A DNA stretch of 40,000 nt, from contig NZ_OZ257250.1 in NCBI RefSeq assembly GCF_965279545.1, forward strand, positions 445,005-485,004. The letters run 5' to 3'. The stretch comes from Methylibium sp. GTDB taxonomy: Bacteria > Pseudomonadota > Gammaproteobacteria > Burkholderiales > Burkholderiaceae_C. The notes beneath the pieces are model-generated. The model searched no databases. It worked only from the letters and a program-made list of their open reading frames with translations, and had not been told where the DNA came from. Below are positions 29,660 to 40,000 of the stretch, in pieces; the stretch's first letter is position 1; each line of letters starts with the position of its first letter. A program made the position numbers and the translations under genes.

Positions 29660-30661
29660 GTGAGCTTTTCCGACGATCCGGGGCAAACCCTCGTCCCTGC
29701 CTTGCCGCAAGGCGACTGGCTGGCTCCCGCTGAAGGCCACCGCGTCTGGTGGTGCGAGGGCGGCGATCCGCAGGGCTTGCCGGTGTTGATCGTGCATGGC
29801 GGCCCGGGCGGCGCCAGCCGCCTGGAGCCGACACAGTGGTTCGACGGCCTGCCGGTGCGCTGGATCGCGATCGATCAGCGTGGCTGCGGGCGCAGCCTGC
29901 CGCTGGGCGAGACGGCCCACAACGACCTCGGCACGCTGCTCGACGACATGGAGCGCCTGCGCGCGGGTCTCGGTCTGCCCTGCTGGGCGCTCGCCGGAGG
30001 GTCCTGGGGTGCTCGCGTGGCGCTGACCTATGCCTTGCGGCAGCCGCAGCGGGTGCGGGGCCTGCTGTTGCGCAGTCCCTTTCTCGCCACGGCGGCCGAG
30101 ACGCGGCGCTATGTCGCGGCTTGGCCGCGGTGGCTGGGGGCGGCCGGGCGGCGGTGGTTGGGCCCCGCGGCGGCGGACGCGTTCTTCGCTTTGTATCAGA
30201 GCGAACCAGCACTGCTCCACGATGGTTCAGTGTTTACCCTCGATCGCTTGGGGGCCGATGAGCACGTTGCGCGTGTCTGGTCGGCTTACGACGCGGCGCA
30301 GTCGGTGCCGGGCGGTGTGCTGGCCAGCCAGGCGGGCTTCGATCCGGCGGCCTTGCCGGAGTCCACGCCGCGTCTTTTGGCGTCCTGGCGCATCCATGCG
30401 CACTATGCTGCGGCCGGCTGGGGGGCTGTCGGAGGTCAAGCGCCGGCGGGCATGCCGGCACTGCACGCCGGCAGCGCGGTGAGCGTGGTGTGGGGCGCGG
30501 CCGACGCGACCTGCGACCCGGCCGTGGCCCGGGTCATCGCGGCGTCGCTGCCCGGTGCCCGGGCGCAGGAGGTGCTCGGGGCGGGGCACCGCATGAGCGA
30601 CCCGCTGCTCGCGCCGGCGCTGCGCGCCGCTGCACGCGAGTGGGTGGCGCGGCTGGCGTAG
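29660..30661 (+). CDS. Alpha/beta-hydrolase, proline iminopeptidase family (333 aa, GTG start)
   Basis: VLIVHGGPGGASRLEPTQWFDGLPVRWIAIDQRGCGRSLPLG, nucleophile elbow GGSWGARVAL. The HGGPG box and DQRGCGRS are typical of the family. Confidence 0.85.
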   Translation: MSFSDDPGQTLVPALPQGDWLAPAEGHRVWWCEGGDPQGLPVLIVHGGPGGASRLEPTQWFDGLPVRWIAIDQRGCGRSLPLGETAHNDLGTLLDDMERLRAGLGLPCWALAGGSWGARVALTYALRQPQRVRGLLLRSPFLATAAETRRYVAAWPRWLGAAGRRWLGPAAADAFFALYQSEPALLHDGSVFTLDRLGADEHVARVWSAYDAAQSVPGGVLASQAGFDPAALPESTPRLLASWRIHAHYAAAGWGAVGGQAPAGMPALHAGSAVSVVWGAADATCDPAVARVIAASLPGARAQEVLGAGHRMSDPLLAPALRAAAREWVARLA

Positions 30662-30683
30662 CTGGTTGCAGGTGCTGCGCGTT

Positions 30684-30794
30684 GCTGGCGAGGCCGCCGG
30701 GTAAACGGCTCCGCTCGTGTCCCCCGGCGCCGGCCTCACGGCCGTCCCCTCCTCCTTTACCTCACTTCGCCATTCACCCGACGCCCTCGCCAGC
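30684..30794. repeat. Structured intergenic repeat, copy 2
   Basis: 23-nt inverted arms 30684-30706 / 30772-30794 (19/23 paired). Homologous to 9571-9684; similarity continues to about 30858. Confidence 0.75.
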
Positions 30795-30861
30795 ACTCAC
30801 CATCGCCGCCTGCGAAGGTATTCGAGCTCTGGCAGGCCGCGGTGGTGGCAGCGCTGGGGTT

Positions 30862-30894
30862 GGACGATCTGATGCGTTTGAATGCAAGGCCGTG

Positions 30895-30897
<3 letters not shown>
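30862..30897 (-). repeat. Stop-codon-anchored element, copy C
   Basis: Minus strand: TGACACGGCCTTGCATTCAAACGCATCAGATCGTCC, beginning at the regulator stop. Shares an exact 17-mer (gatgcgtttgaatgcaa) with 3208-3224. Confidence 0.7.
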
Positions 30898-32994
<2,097 letters not shown>

Positions 32995-33216
32995 CGAGCC
33001 ATCCTTTCATGCCGCCGGTGGCGGCCAGTCTCTCGTGCCGGCAGTGGGGGCTGCGTTCACAGAAGCCACGGTGCCAGCTTGGGTACGAACCTTCGCGGTC
33101 ATTGTGAGCCTGCCTGTGCCGGAAGATATGGAAGTCGTGTTCAGTTTCGCAGCACCCGCTGCCGGCGTGGTCGGCGGCAGTGGCGGGCGCTCAGGTGGGC
33201 GGCGAAGCGCCGGATG

Positions 33217-33316
33217 AATGCTCCCGTCTCATCGGAGCATTGCTGCAGGGGAGCAATTGTCCTGCGACGGATCAGGGTAAGCACCGGATATGAAGTGATG
33301 TGTTCAATCCAGAACA
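33217..33316. promoter_or_regulatory. Cluster of inverted repeats upstream of aorA (putative activator sites)
   Basis: AATGCTCC-N9-GGAGCATT (33217-33241), a further GGAGCAAT at 33250-33257, and TGTTC-N6-GAACA (33301-33316). Confidence 0.5.
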
Positions 33317-33407
33317 TAGGCAGACTGATTCCTAGCGCGAGTCCGCAGTTTGCTGCACGCCAGGAAGCTTCGACCCGATCACCCCAACGCCAGCGGAGAC
33401 GCCAGCC

Positions 33408-33884
33408 ATGCAGAAGACCCTACACCTTGACCCCGAGAAATGCACTGGCTGCCTGCAGTGCGAAATGGCGTGCTCCTTCGAGAACTACGGTGTCTACGCG
33501 CCCAGCAAGTCGCGCATCAAGGTGTTCGACTTCCACCACACCGGCCGCAAGGTGCCCTACACCTGCACGCAGTGCGACGAAGCCTGGTGCCTGCATGCCT
33601 GTCCGGTGGAGGCCATCACGATCGACGGCGCCACCGGCGCCAAGATCGTCAACGAGACCACCTGCGTGGGCTGCAAGGTCTGCACCATCAGCTGCCCGTT
33701 CGGCACGATCAACTACGTGCAGGAGACCGGCAAGGTCCAGAAATGCGACCTGTGCGGCGGCGAGCCGGCCTGCGCGGAAGCCTGCCCGACCGGCGCCATC
33801 ACCTACGTGGACGCGAACTGGACCGGCCTGAACAAGATGCAGGCCTGGGCCGACAAGCTCGGCAACCAGAGCGCTGCGGCTTAA
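33408..33884 (+). CDS. aorA: Ferredoxin-like multi-[4Fe-4S] electron-transfer subunit of AOR
   Basis: CTGCLQCEMACSFENYG, CTQCDEAWCLHACPVEAI, CVGCKVCTISCPFGTI, CDLCGGEPACAEACPTGAITY; 158 aa. Confidence 0.9.
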   Translation: MQKTLHLDPEKCTGCLQCEMACSFENYGVYAPSKSRIKVFDFHHTGRKVPYTCTQCDEAWCLHACPVEAITIDGATGAKIVNETTCVGCKVCTISCPFGTINYVQETGKVQKCDLCGGEPACAEACPTGAITYVDANWTGLNKMQAWADKLGNQSAAA

Positions 33885-33894
33885 GGAGAATCAC

Positions 33895-35742
33895 ATGTCT
33901 TGGGCAGGAAAAATCCTTCGCGTCAACCTCACGAACGGCACGGTCCAATCCGAGCCGCTGAACATGGAATGGGCCCGGGCCTACCTCGGCTCGCGCGGTC
34001 TCGCGTCCAAATACCTGGTCGAGGAGATCGACCCCAAGGTCGACCCGCTGTCGGCCGAGAACAAGATCATCTGGGCCACCGGCCCGCTGACCGGCACGAT
34101 GGCCTCGACCGGCGGCCGCTACACCGTCGTGACCAAGGGCCCGCTGACCGGCGCGATCGCCTGCTCCAACTCGGGCGGCTACTGGGGCGCCGAGCTCAAG
34201 TTCGCCGGCTGGGACATGGTGATCTTCGAAGGCAAGTCGGCCAAGCCGGTCTACCTGTCGATCGAAGACGACAAGGCCGAGCTGCGCGACGCCTCCCACC
34301 TGTGGGGCAAGAGCGTCTGGCAGACCGAGGAGATCATCAAGAAGCAGCACCAGGATCCGCTGACGCGCGTGTCGAGCATCGGCCTGGCCGGCGAGAACGG
34401 CGTGCTGTACGCGGCGGTGGTCAACGACCTGCACCGCGCGGCGGGCCGCTCGGGCGTGGGCGCGGTGATGGGTGCGAAGAACCTGAAGGCCATCGCGGTG
34501 CGCGGCACCAAGGGGGTCGGCAACATCGCGAACCCGAAGGAATTCATGAAGGTGACCTTCGAGAAGAAGAAGATCCTCGCCGACAACGCCGTCACCGGCC
34601 AGGGCCTGCCGACCTACGGCACGCAGGTGCTGATGAACGTGATCAACGAGATCGGCGCGTCGCCGACGCGCAACCACCGCGACGTGCAGTTCGAGGGCGC
34701 CAAGGACATTTCCGCCGAGGCGATGGCCACGCCGCGCAAGACCGACGGCAAGAAGCCGCTGGTCACCAACCAGGCCTGTTTCGGCTGCACCATCGCCTGC
34801 GGGCGCATCCAGAAGATCGACCAGGGCCACTTCTCGGTCGAGAACAAGCCGCAGTACTGGGGCGCCTCCGGCGGCCTGGAGTACGAGGCGGCGTGGGCGC
34901 TCGGCAACGCCAACGGCGTGAACGACCTCGACGCGCTGCAGTACGCCAACGTGCTGTGCAACGAGCAGGGCATGGACCCGATCTCCTTCGGCGCGACCAT
35001 CGGCGCGGTGATGGAGCTCTACGAGATGGGCGTGCTGACCAAGGAGCAGCTCGGCACCGACGCGCCGTTCGGCTCGGCCCGTGCGCTGGTGCGCTTTGCC
35101 GAGATGACGGCCAACGGCGAGGGCTTCGGCAAGGAGATCGGCCTGGGCTCGGCCCGGCTGACCGCGAAGTACGGCCACCCCGACCTGAGCATGAGCGTCA
35201 AGGGCCAGGAGTTCCCGGCCTACGACAGCCGCGGCATCCAGGGCATGGGCCTGGCCTACGCCACCTCCAACCGCGGCGCCTGCCACCTGCGCGGCTACAC
35301 CGTGGCGTCCGAGGTGCTGGGCATCCCGGTGAAGACCGACCCGCTGGTGTCCGAGGGCAAGCCGGAGCTGGTCAAGGCCTTCCAGGATGCGACCGCGGCC
35401 TTCGACTCGGCCGGCATCTGCATCTTCACCAGCTTCGCCTGGGGCCTGGCCGATGTGCAGCCGCAGGTCGCGGCCGCCTGCGGCGAGGAGTTCACGCTCG
35501 AGAAGCTGAACGAGATCGGCGAACGCATCTGGAACATGGAGCGCGACTTCAACAACAAGGCCGGCTTCACCGCGAAGGACGACACGCTGCCCAAGCGGCT
35601 ACTGACCGAGCCCGCGAAGACCGGCCCGGCCAAGGGCCTCGTCAACAAGCTGCCGGAGATGCTGCCGCACTACTACGAGATCCGCGGCTGGGACGCCGGC
35701 GGCCGGCTCAAGCCCGAGACGCGCGAACGCCTGGGCCTATGA
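33895..35742 (+). CDS. aorB: Tungsten-containing aldehyde ferredoxin oxidoreductase large subunit
   Basis: 615 aa: SWAGKILRVNLTNGTVQSEPLNMEWARAYLGSRGLASKYL, ACSNSGGYWGAELKFAGWDMVIFEGKS, CFGCTIACGR, SNRGACHLRGY. Confidence 0.95.
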   Translation: MSWAGKILRVNLTNGTVQSEPLNMEWARAYLGSRGLASKYLVEEIDPKVDPLSAENKIIWATGPLTGTMASTGGRYTVVTKGPLTGAIACSNSGGYWGAELKFAGWDMVIFEGKSAKPVYLSIEDDKAELRDASHLWGKSVWQTEEIIKKQHQDPLTRVSSIGLAGENGVLYAAVVNDLHRAAGRSGVGAVMGAKNLKAIAVRGTKGVGNIANPKEFMKVTFEKKKILADNAVTGQGLPTYGTQVLMNVINEIGASPTRNHRDVQFEGAKDISAEAMATPRKTDGKKPLVTNQACFGCTIACGRIQKIDQGHFSVENKPQYWGASGGLEYEAAWALGNANGVNDLDALQYANVLCNEQGMDPISFGATIGAVMELYEMGVLTKEQLGTDAPFGSARALVRFAEMTANGEGFGKEIGLGSARLTAKYGHPDLSMSVKGQEFPAYDSRGIQGMGLAYATSNRGACHLRGYTVASEVLGIPVKTDPLVSEGKPELVKAFQDATAAFDSAGICIFTSFAWGLADVQPQVAAACGEEFTLEKLNEIGERIWNMERDFNNKAGFTAKDDTLPKRLLTEPAKTGPAKGLVNKLPEMLPHYYEIRGWDAGGRLKPETRERLGL

Positions 35743-37157
35743 GACACCTGATCCTGGGTGCCGGGCCGGCCGGCGTCATCGCGGCCGAGACGATCCGCAA
35801 GCACGCCCCCTACGACCGCATCACCATCGTCGGCGACGAGCCGGAGCCGCCGTACTCGCGCATGGCGATCCCCTACCTGCTGATGGGCCAGGTCGACGAG
35901 AGTGGCACCTACCTGCGGCGCGACGCCGACCAGTTCCGCAAGCTCGACATCGGCCTGTTGCGCCAGCGCGCGACCCAGGTCGATGCGGCGCGCCGCACGG
36001 TCACGCTCGACAACGGCAGCGTCCTGGGCTTCGACAAGCTGCTGATCGCCACCGGCTCGCAGCCGGTGCGCCCACCGGTGCCCGGCATGGACCTGCCGGG
36101 TGTGCACCCCTGCTGGACGCTGGAGAACGCGCGCCACATCCAGGCGCTGGCCAAGCCCGGCGCCAAGGTGTTGCAGATGGGCGCCGGCTTCATCGGCTGC
36201 ATCATCATGGAGGCGCTGGCGGCGCGCGGCGTCGAGCTCACGGTCGTCGAGATGGGCGACCGCATGGTGCCGCGCATGATGGGGCCGGCCGCCGGCAACA
36301 TGATCAAGGCCTGGTGCGAGAAGAAGGGCGTGCGCGTGTTCACCGGCACCCGCGTCGAGGCGATCGAGGCGGCGCCGTCAGGCGTTACCGAGCCGCCCGC
36401 GGCGGCACCGGTCTCGGCCGAAGGCGGCTTCATCGCCCGTGCGGCGGCGCTGCTCGGCTTCGGCAGCAAGAGCCCGGCGCCGCCCGCGCCCGAGTGGCGC
36501 GAAACGGCACCGGCGCCGCGCGGCAGCGCGATGCGCGTGCGCCTGTCGAACGGGCAGACGGTCGAGGCCGACCTGGTGATCAGCGCCACCGGCGTGAAGC
36601 CGAACGTCGCCTTCCTGAAGGACTCGGGCATAGCCTGCGGGCAGGGCGTGCTGGCCGACGAGCGGCTGCAGACCAACGTGCCCGGCATCTTCACCGCCGG
36701 CGACTGCGCCGAGGCCTTCGACCTGGCAACGCGGACGCGCGTCATCAGCGCGATCCAGCCGAACGCGGCTGACGAAGCCTATGTCGCGGCGATGAACATG
36801 CTGGAGCGCGGCGCCGTGCTCAAGCGCGTGACGCAGATCAACGTGCTCGACACGCTGGGCCTGATCTCGGCGAGCTTCGGCGACTGGCAGGGCGTGCCCG
36901 GCGGCCAGCAGACCGAGATCACCGACCTCGAGGGCTTCAAGCTGCTCAGCCTGCAGTTCGACGCGGAGCGGCTGGTCGGCTGCAACAGCATCGGCTGGAC
37001 CGAGCACGTGGGCGTGATGCGTGGACTGGTCGAAGGGCGCGTGCGGCTCGGCGAATGGAAGGAAAGGCTGCTGGCCGACCCGACGCGCCTGACCGAGGCC
37101 TACATCGCCCAGGGCCAGGCGCAGGAGCGCTGGGTCCAGGCCGGCGCGCACGTGTGA
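35739..37157 (+). CDS. aorC: FAD-dependent NAD(P)H-type oxidoreductase subunit of AOR
   Basis: MRHLILGAGPAGVIAAETIRKHAPYDRITIVGDEPEPPYSRMAIPYLLMG..., second dinucleotide-binding motif VLQMGAGFIGCIIMEAL, TNVPGIFTAGDCAEAFD; ATGA overlap with aorB. Confidence 0.9.
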   Translation: MRHLILGAGPAGVIAAETIRKHAPYDRITIVGDEPEPPYSRMAIPYLLMGQVDESGTYLRRDADQFRKLDIGLLRQRATQVDAARRTVTLDNGSVLGFDKLLIATGSQPVRPPVPGMDLPGVHPCWTLENARHIQALAKPGAKVLQMGAGFIGCIIMEALAARGVELTVVEMGDRMVPRMMGPAAGNMIKAWCEKKGVRVFTGTRVEAIEAAPSGVTEPPAAAPVSAEGGFIARAAALLGFGSKSPAPPAPEWRETAPAPRGSAMRVRLSNGQTVEADLVISATGVKPNVAFLKDSGIACGQGVLADERLQTNVPGIFTAGDCAEAFDLATRTRVISAIQPNAADEAYVAAMNMLERGAVLKRVTQINVLDTLGLISASFGDWQGVPGGQQTEITDLEGFKLLSLQFDAERLVGCNSIGWTEHVGVMRGLVEGRVRLGEWKERLLADPTRLTEAYIAQGQAQERWVQAGAHV

Positions 37158-37182
37158 GCCGTGGCTGGGCGATGATCGCCCC

Positions 37183-37437
37183 ATGAAGATCAGCTTCAAG
37201 CTCTACGCCACGCTGACCGACTACCTGCCGCCCGAGGCCCGCAGCGGCAACCGGGTGGAACTCGACATCGCGCCCGAGGCGACGATCGCCGACGTGATCG
37301 CGCCCTACGGCCTGCCGATGAAGCTGGTGCACCTGGTGCTGGTGAACGGCCACTACGTGGCGCCGGAAAGCCGCGCCGCGCGCACCTTCGTGGACGGTGA
37401 CGTGCTGGCGATCTGGCCGCCGATCGCCGGCGGCTGA
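37183..37437 (+). CDS. MoaD/ThiS-family sulfur-carrier protein (84 aa, C-terminal GG)
   Basis: MKISFKLYATLTDYLPPEARSGNRVELDI...ATIADVIAPYGLPMKLVHLVLVNGHYV...DVLAIWPPIAGG. Confidence 0.9.
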   Translation: MKISFKLYATLTDYLPPEARSGNRVELDIAPEATIADVIAPYGLPMKLVHLVLVNGHYVAPESRAARTFVDGDVLAIWPPIAGG

Positions 37438-37742
37438 TGCAGGCGCGCTACGCAGCCCGCTTCGAGCGCGACATGGGCTGCACCGAGGCCGAATGGCTCG
37501 GCTGGCTGCCGGGCGCCTGCGGTGTGCATGCGCTGAGCATCGTCGGCGCCGATGCCAGCGCGCAGGTCGCCATCGGCGACGGGACGCTCCTGCTCGCCTG
37601 GTCAGGCCTGCCCGACCGGCAGATCGCGCTGATGCGCCTGCCGCGGCTGGCGGTGAGCTTTCGCTTCACGGGCGTCGACGAAGCCGCCCGCGAACGCTTC
37701 ATGCGCTACTTCGACCTGTTCATGCAGCGCGGCGGCGGGTAG
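37437..37742 (+). CDS. Small uncharacterised AOR-operon protein (101 aa)
   Basis: TGATG overlap with the MoaD-like gene; MQARYAARFERDMGCTEAEWLGWLPGACGVHALSIVGADASAQVAIGDGTLLLAWSGLPDRQIALMRLPRLAVSFRFTGVDEAARERFMRYFDLFMQRGGG. Confidence 0.7.
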   Translation: MQARYAARFERDMGCTEAEWLGWLPGACGVHALSIVGADASAQVAIGDGTLLLAWSGLPDRQIALMRLPRLAVSFRFTGVDEAARERFMRYFDLFMQRGGG

Positions 37743-38136
37743 CGCTGCGCGGACACGGGCCTGGGACCGACTGCCTGCGTCGGCTTTGCGGTGGCATGAC
37801 AAACGCCGACATTCGGCTTCAGCACGTGCGTGCAGATCATCGTGGTCGCCAAGCACCGCTGCCTGAAGAACCCCGTCAGTGGCAAGGGCCGGCAGATCGC
37901 CACCCGAGCGGTGCGCTCGGGCTGACGGCAAAGGGCGCAGAGGCTGCACGCCTCAATGCACGATTGCAGCCGCGCATTGACGCGCCATGTGGCTTCGGGC
38001 TTCAATTCATCAACTCGACGCGCCACATTCTGACCATGAACGGCCACCCTCCGCTTCCTCGCGCCGTCACAGTTCATCGTCTCGAAAAGCGGGTTATTGC
38101 CCAGTCTCGTTAGGCCGCGGCGTGAAAGGAGTGTCG

Positions 38137-38721
38137 ATGCTCGACGCACGATCCCGCACGATCTGCTGGACACCCCTTTGTAACAGGGCGCGGGAGGGTG
38201 TCGGACTGGAGCATCTGCTTCTGGCAGACCGTGCAAGTGACAGCGTTGTCCTCGCTTACGACGAGCAGCGCGGTCCGTTCCGGCTCATCTACCGCCTCGA
38301 CTGGGACGACTCGTGGCAGCTTCGCGGTGCCGAACTGGCCCTCATCACGGAGAACTCTGTCCGCTCGCTGACTCTGAAAACAGACGGCCTAGGTCACTGG
38401 CACCACGGTGATGGTCGAGTCATTGCCGAGCTCGATGGGTGCAGGGATATCGATATCTGGCCGACTCCGTTTACCAACATGTTTCCGATTCGCCGCGAGC
38501 CAATGGCTGTCGGTGAGCGGCGACGGTTCCTGATGGCTTGGGTTTTTGCGCCAGACCTGACAGTTCATCCACAGCCGCAGGCATATACGCGGCTTTCCGA
38601 TCGGCGCTACCTTTTCGAGAACCTCGATGGCAGCGGCTTCCAGGCAGAGCTTCTCGTGGACGAAGAGGACATCGTGGTGGACTACCCAGGACTGTTCCGG
38701 CGCGTGAAAACGGATCGTTGA
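38137..38721 (+). CDS. Putative glycolipid-binding family protein (DUF1089), 194 aa
   Basis: GLEHLLLADRASDSVVLAYDEQRGPFRLIYRLDWDDSWQLR...DGLGHWHHGDGRVIAELDGCRDIDIWPTPFTNMFPIRR...YTRLSDRRYLFENLDGSGFQAELLVDEEDIVVDYPGLFRRV, the family pattern. ATG 38137 within ORF 37987..38721. Confidence 0.82.
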   Translation: MLDARSRTICWTPLCNRAREGVGLEHLLLADRASDSVVLAYDEQRGPFRLIYRLDWDDSWQLRGAELALITENSVRSLTLKTDGLGHWHHGDGRVIAELDGCRDIDIWPTPFTNMFPIRREPMAVGERRRFLMAWVFAPDLTVHPQPQAYTRLSDRRYLFENLDGSGFQAELLVDEEDIVVDYPGLFRRVKTDR

Positions 38722-38803
38722 CCTGGAATGCCTGAACGAGGAACAGACGGCCACGCCAGAGACTGGAGACGGCCTTGTTGCTCGACAGTTGCTGCGCACG
38801 CCC

Positions 38804-39799
38804 CTACCCGTACCTCAACTCCGTCGCCTTGCCCCAGAACACCCGGTACGAGAACGCCGTGTAGGCCGCGATGGCCGGCACCGAGATGCACACGCCGATC
38901 AGGATGACCTTCAGCGCTGCCGGGCTGCTGGCGGCCTGCCAGATCGTCAGCCGGTCGATCACGACGAAGGGGTAGATGCTGTAGGCCAGCCCCAGGAAGC
39001 CGAGCACGAACACGGCGATCAGCAGCACGAAGGGCAGCCAGCACAGCTCCTTGCGCACGATCGGCTGGTCGAGCACCAGGCGCGTGGTGACGAGCGCGAT
39101 GGCGGTCGTGAGCGGGATCGCCATCAGCGCGATCACCGCGGGCAGCTCGAACCAGCGCTCGCGCACCGTGGCGCTGATCCACGGCGTGGCCAGCGAAATG
39201 AGCAGCATGCCCACGACCACCGGCCACCACGCCAGCCTGGCCCAGCGGATGGCCTTGCGCTGCAGCTCGCCTTCGGTCTTCATGATCAGCCAGGCGGCGC
39301 CGAGCAGCACGTAGGCCGCGGGCAGGGCCAGCGCGATGGCCGCTGCGAACACCGGGTAGTTCCAGCCCTCGCCGAAGCCGCTGATGTAGCGCCCCAGCAT
39401 CCAGCCCTGCGAGGTCGACGCCAGCAGCGAGCCGGCGAAGAACAGCCGGTCCCAGGTCGACTTGTGCGCGTCCCGGGCCTTGACGCGGAAGTCGAAGGCC
39501 ACGCCGCGCAGCATCAGGCCGATCAGCATCAGCGTCACCGGCAGGTAGAGCTGCGAGAGCACCAGGCCGTGCGCCTTCGGGAAGGCGATCAGCAGGATGC
39601 CGATGCCCAGCACCAGCCAGGTTTCGTTGGCGTCCCAGAACGGGCCGATCGAGGCGATCAGCACGTCCTTCTCGGCGGCGCTGGCGCGCGGCATCAGCAG
39701 GCCGACGCCGAGGTCGTAGCCGTCGCTGACGACGTAGACGAGCATCGAGATGCCCATCAGCGCCATGAAGATCAGTGGCAGGGATTGATCGAAGCTCAT
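38804..39799 (-). CDS. cydB: Cytochrome bd ubiquinol oxidase subunit II
   Basis: 331 aa: MALMGISMLVYVVSDGYDLGVGLLMPRASAAEKDVLIASIGPFWDANETWLVLGIGILLIAFPKAH...FRVKARD. Confidence 0.95.
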   Translation of the reverse strand: MSFDQSLPLIFMALMGISMLVYVVSDGYDLGVGLLMPRASAAEKDVLIASIGPFWDANETWLVLGIGILLIAFPKAHGLVLSQLYLPVTLMLIGLMLRGVAFDFRVKARDAHKSTWDRLFFAGSLLASTSQGWMLGRYISGFGEGWNYPVFAAAIALALPAAYVLLGAAWLIMKTEGELQRKAIRWARLAWWPVVVGMLLISLATPWISATVRERWFELPAVIALMAIPLTTAIALVTTRLVLDQPIVRKELCWLPFVLLIAVFVLGFLGLAYSIYPFVVIDRLTIWQAASSPAALKVILIGVCISVPAIAAYTAFSYRVFWGKATELRYG

Positions 39800-40000
39800 G
39801 CGGCACCTCCCTTCACCAGCGCGGCGGCGGCGCGGCCTTCGGCCTGCTCCAGCGCGTCGGGCTGCAGCACGTCTTCGGGTTTCTCGGCCATGTACTTCAG
39901 CACGCTCACGTAGGCCACGATCAGCGCGAGGTAGAGCGTCACGTACAGCGCGAAGCTGAGCGCGATCATCGGCGTGGGCACGTTGGTCGAGGCCACGTCG
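39796..40000 (-). CDS. cydA: C-terminus of cytochrome bd ubiquinol oxidase subunit I (truncated by window edge)
   Basis: DVASTNVPTPMIALSFALYVTLYLALIVAYVSVLKYMAEKPEDVLQ...; ATGA overlap with cydB; open to the window end. Confidence 0.82.
   Translation of the reverse strand, partial: DVASTNVPTPMIALSFALYVTLYLALIVAYVSVLKYMAEKPEDVLQPDALEQAEGRAAAALVKGGAA

Noticed and set aside
33260-33407. Sigma54 promoter upstream of aorA
   Set aside because: The closest match (GG at 33319-33320, N10, CC) lacks the -12 GC; no convincing box found.
33799-35286. 495-aa minus-strand ORF opposite aorB
   Set aside because: Antisense shadow of a clearly conserved AOR large subunit, with atypical composition.
37743-38136. 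Possible mobile-element or cassette remnant before the DUF1089 gene (cgttaggccgcg near 38108)
   Set aside because: Unusual codon pattern but no transposase fragment, terminal repeats or complete attC.

Overview
This is a high-GC window that looks betaproteobacterial (Burkholderiales/Rhodocyclales-like; taxonomy inferred from gene content only). It holds four metabolic blocks. (1) Positions 1-16.8 kb: an archaeal-like tetrahydromethanopterin/methylofuran C1 (formaldehyde oxidation) cluster. It has a HisA-like gene, an ATP-grasp ligase, a one-carbon hydantoinase-like protein, an amino-acid kinase, mfnB-like, DUF447, DHPS-like, flavoprotein, FolB-like, fae, CitG-like, a RimK-like ATP-grasp, mch, a second ATP-grasp, mtdB and an RFAP-synthase-like gene, plus an AcoR-type sigma54 activator. 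(2) 17.2-19.4 kb: a NarX/UhpB-type two-component pair. (3) 21.6-29.4 kb: a little-characterised ExbB/ExbD-like envelope module, an ABC exporter and pqqEDCB. (4) 30.9-40 kb: a tungsten aldehyde:ferredoxin-oxidoreductase-type operon (aorABC, a MoaD-like gene, a small unknown ORF) with its own AcoR-type regulator, a glycolipid-binding (DUF1089) protein, and cydB with the 3' end of cydA. A compositionally different insert with an orphan 328-aa protein lies at about 19.5-21.5 kb. I found no CRISPR array, transposase or recognisable defence system. The most unusual signals are noncoding: (a) a 36-39 nt element found three times, each time starting exactly at the TGA stop codon of an unrelated gene at a convergent junction; (b) a two-copy intergenic structured repeat with compensatory stem changes; (c) a REP-like palindrome read in frame as the C-terminus of the DHPS-like protein while keeping an ATGA overlap with the next gene; (d) matching TGTTC-N6-GAAC palindromes next to both AcoR-type regulators, with a strong -24/-12 promoter before the folB-like gene.
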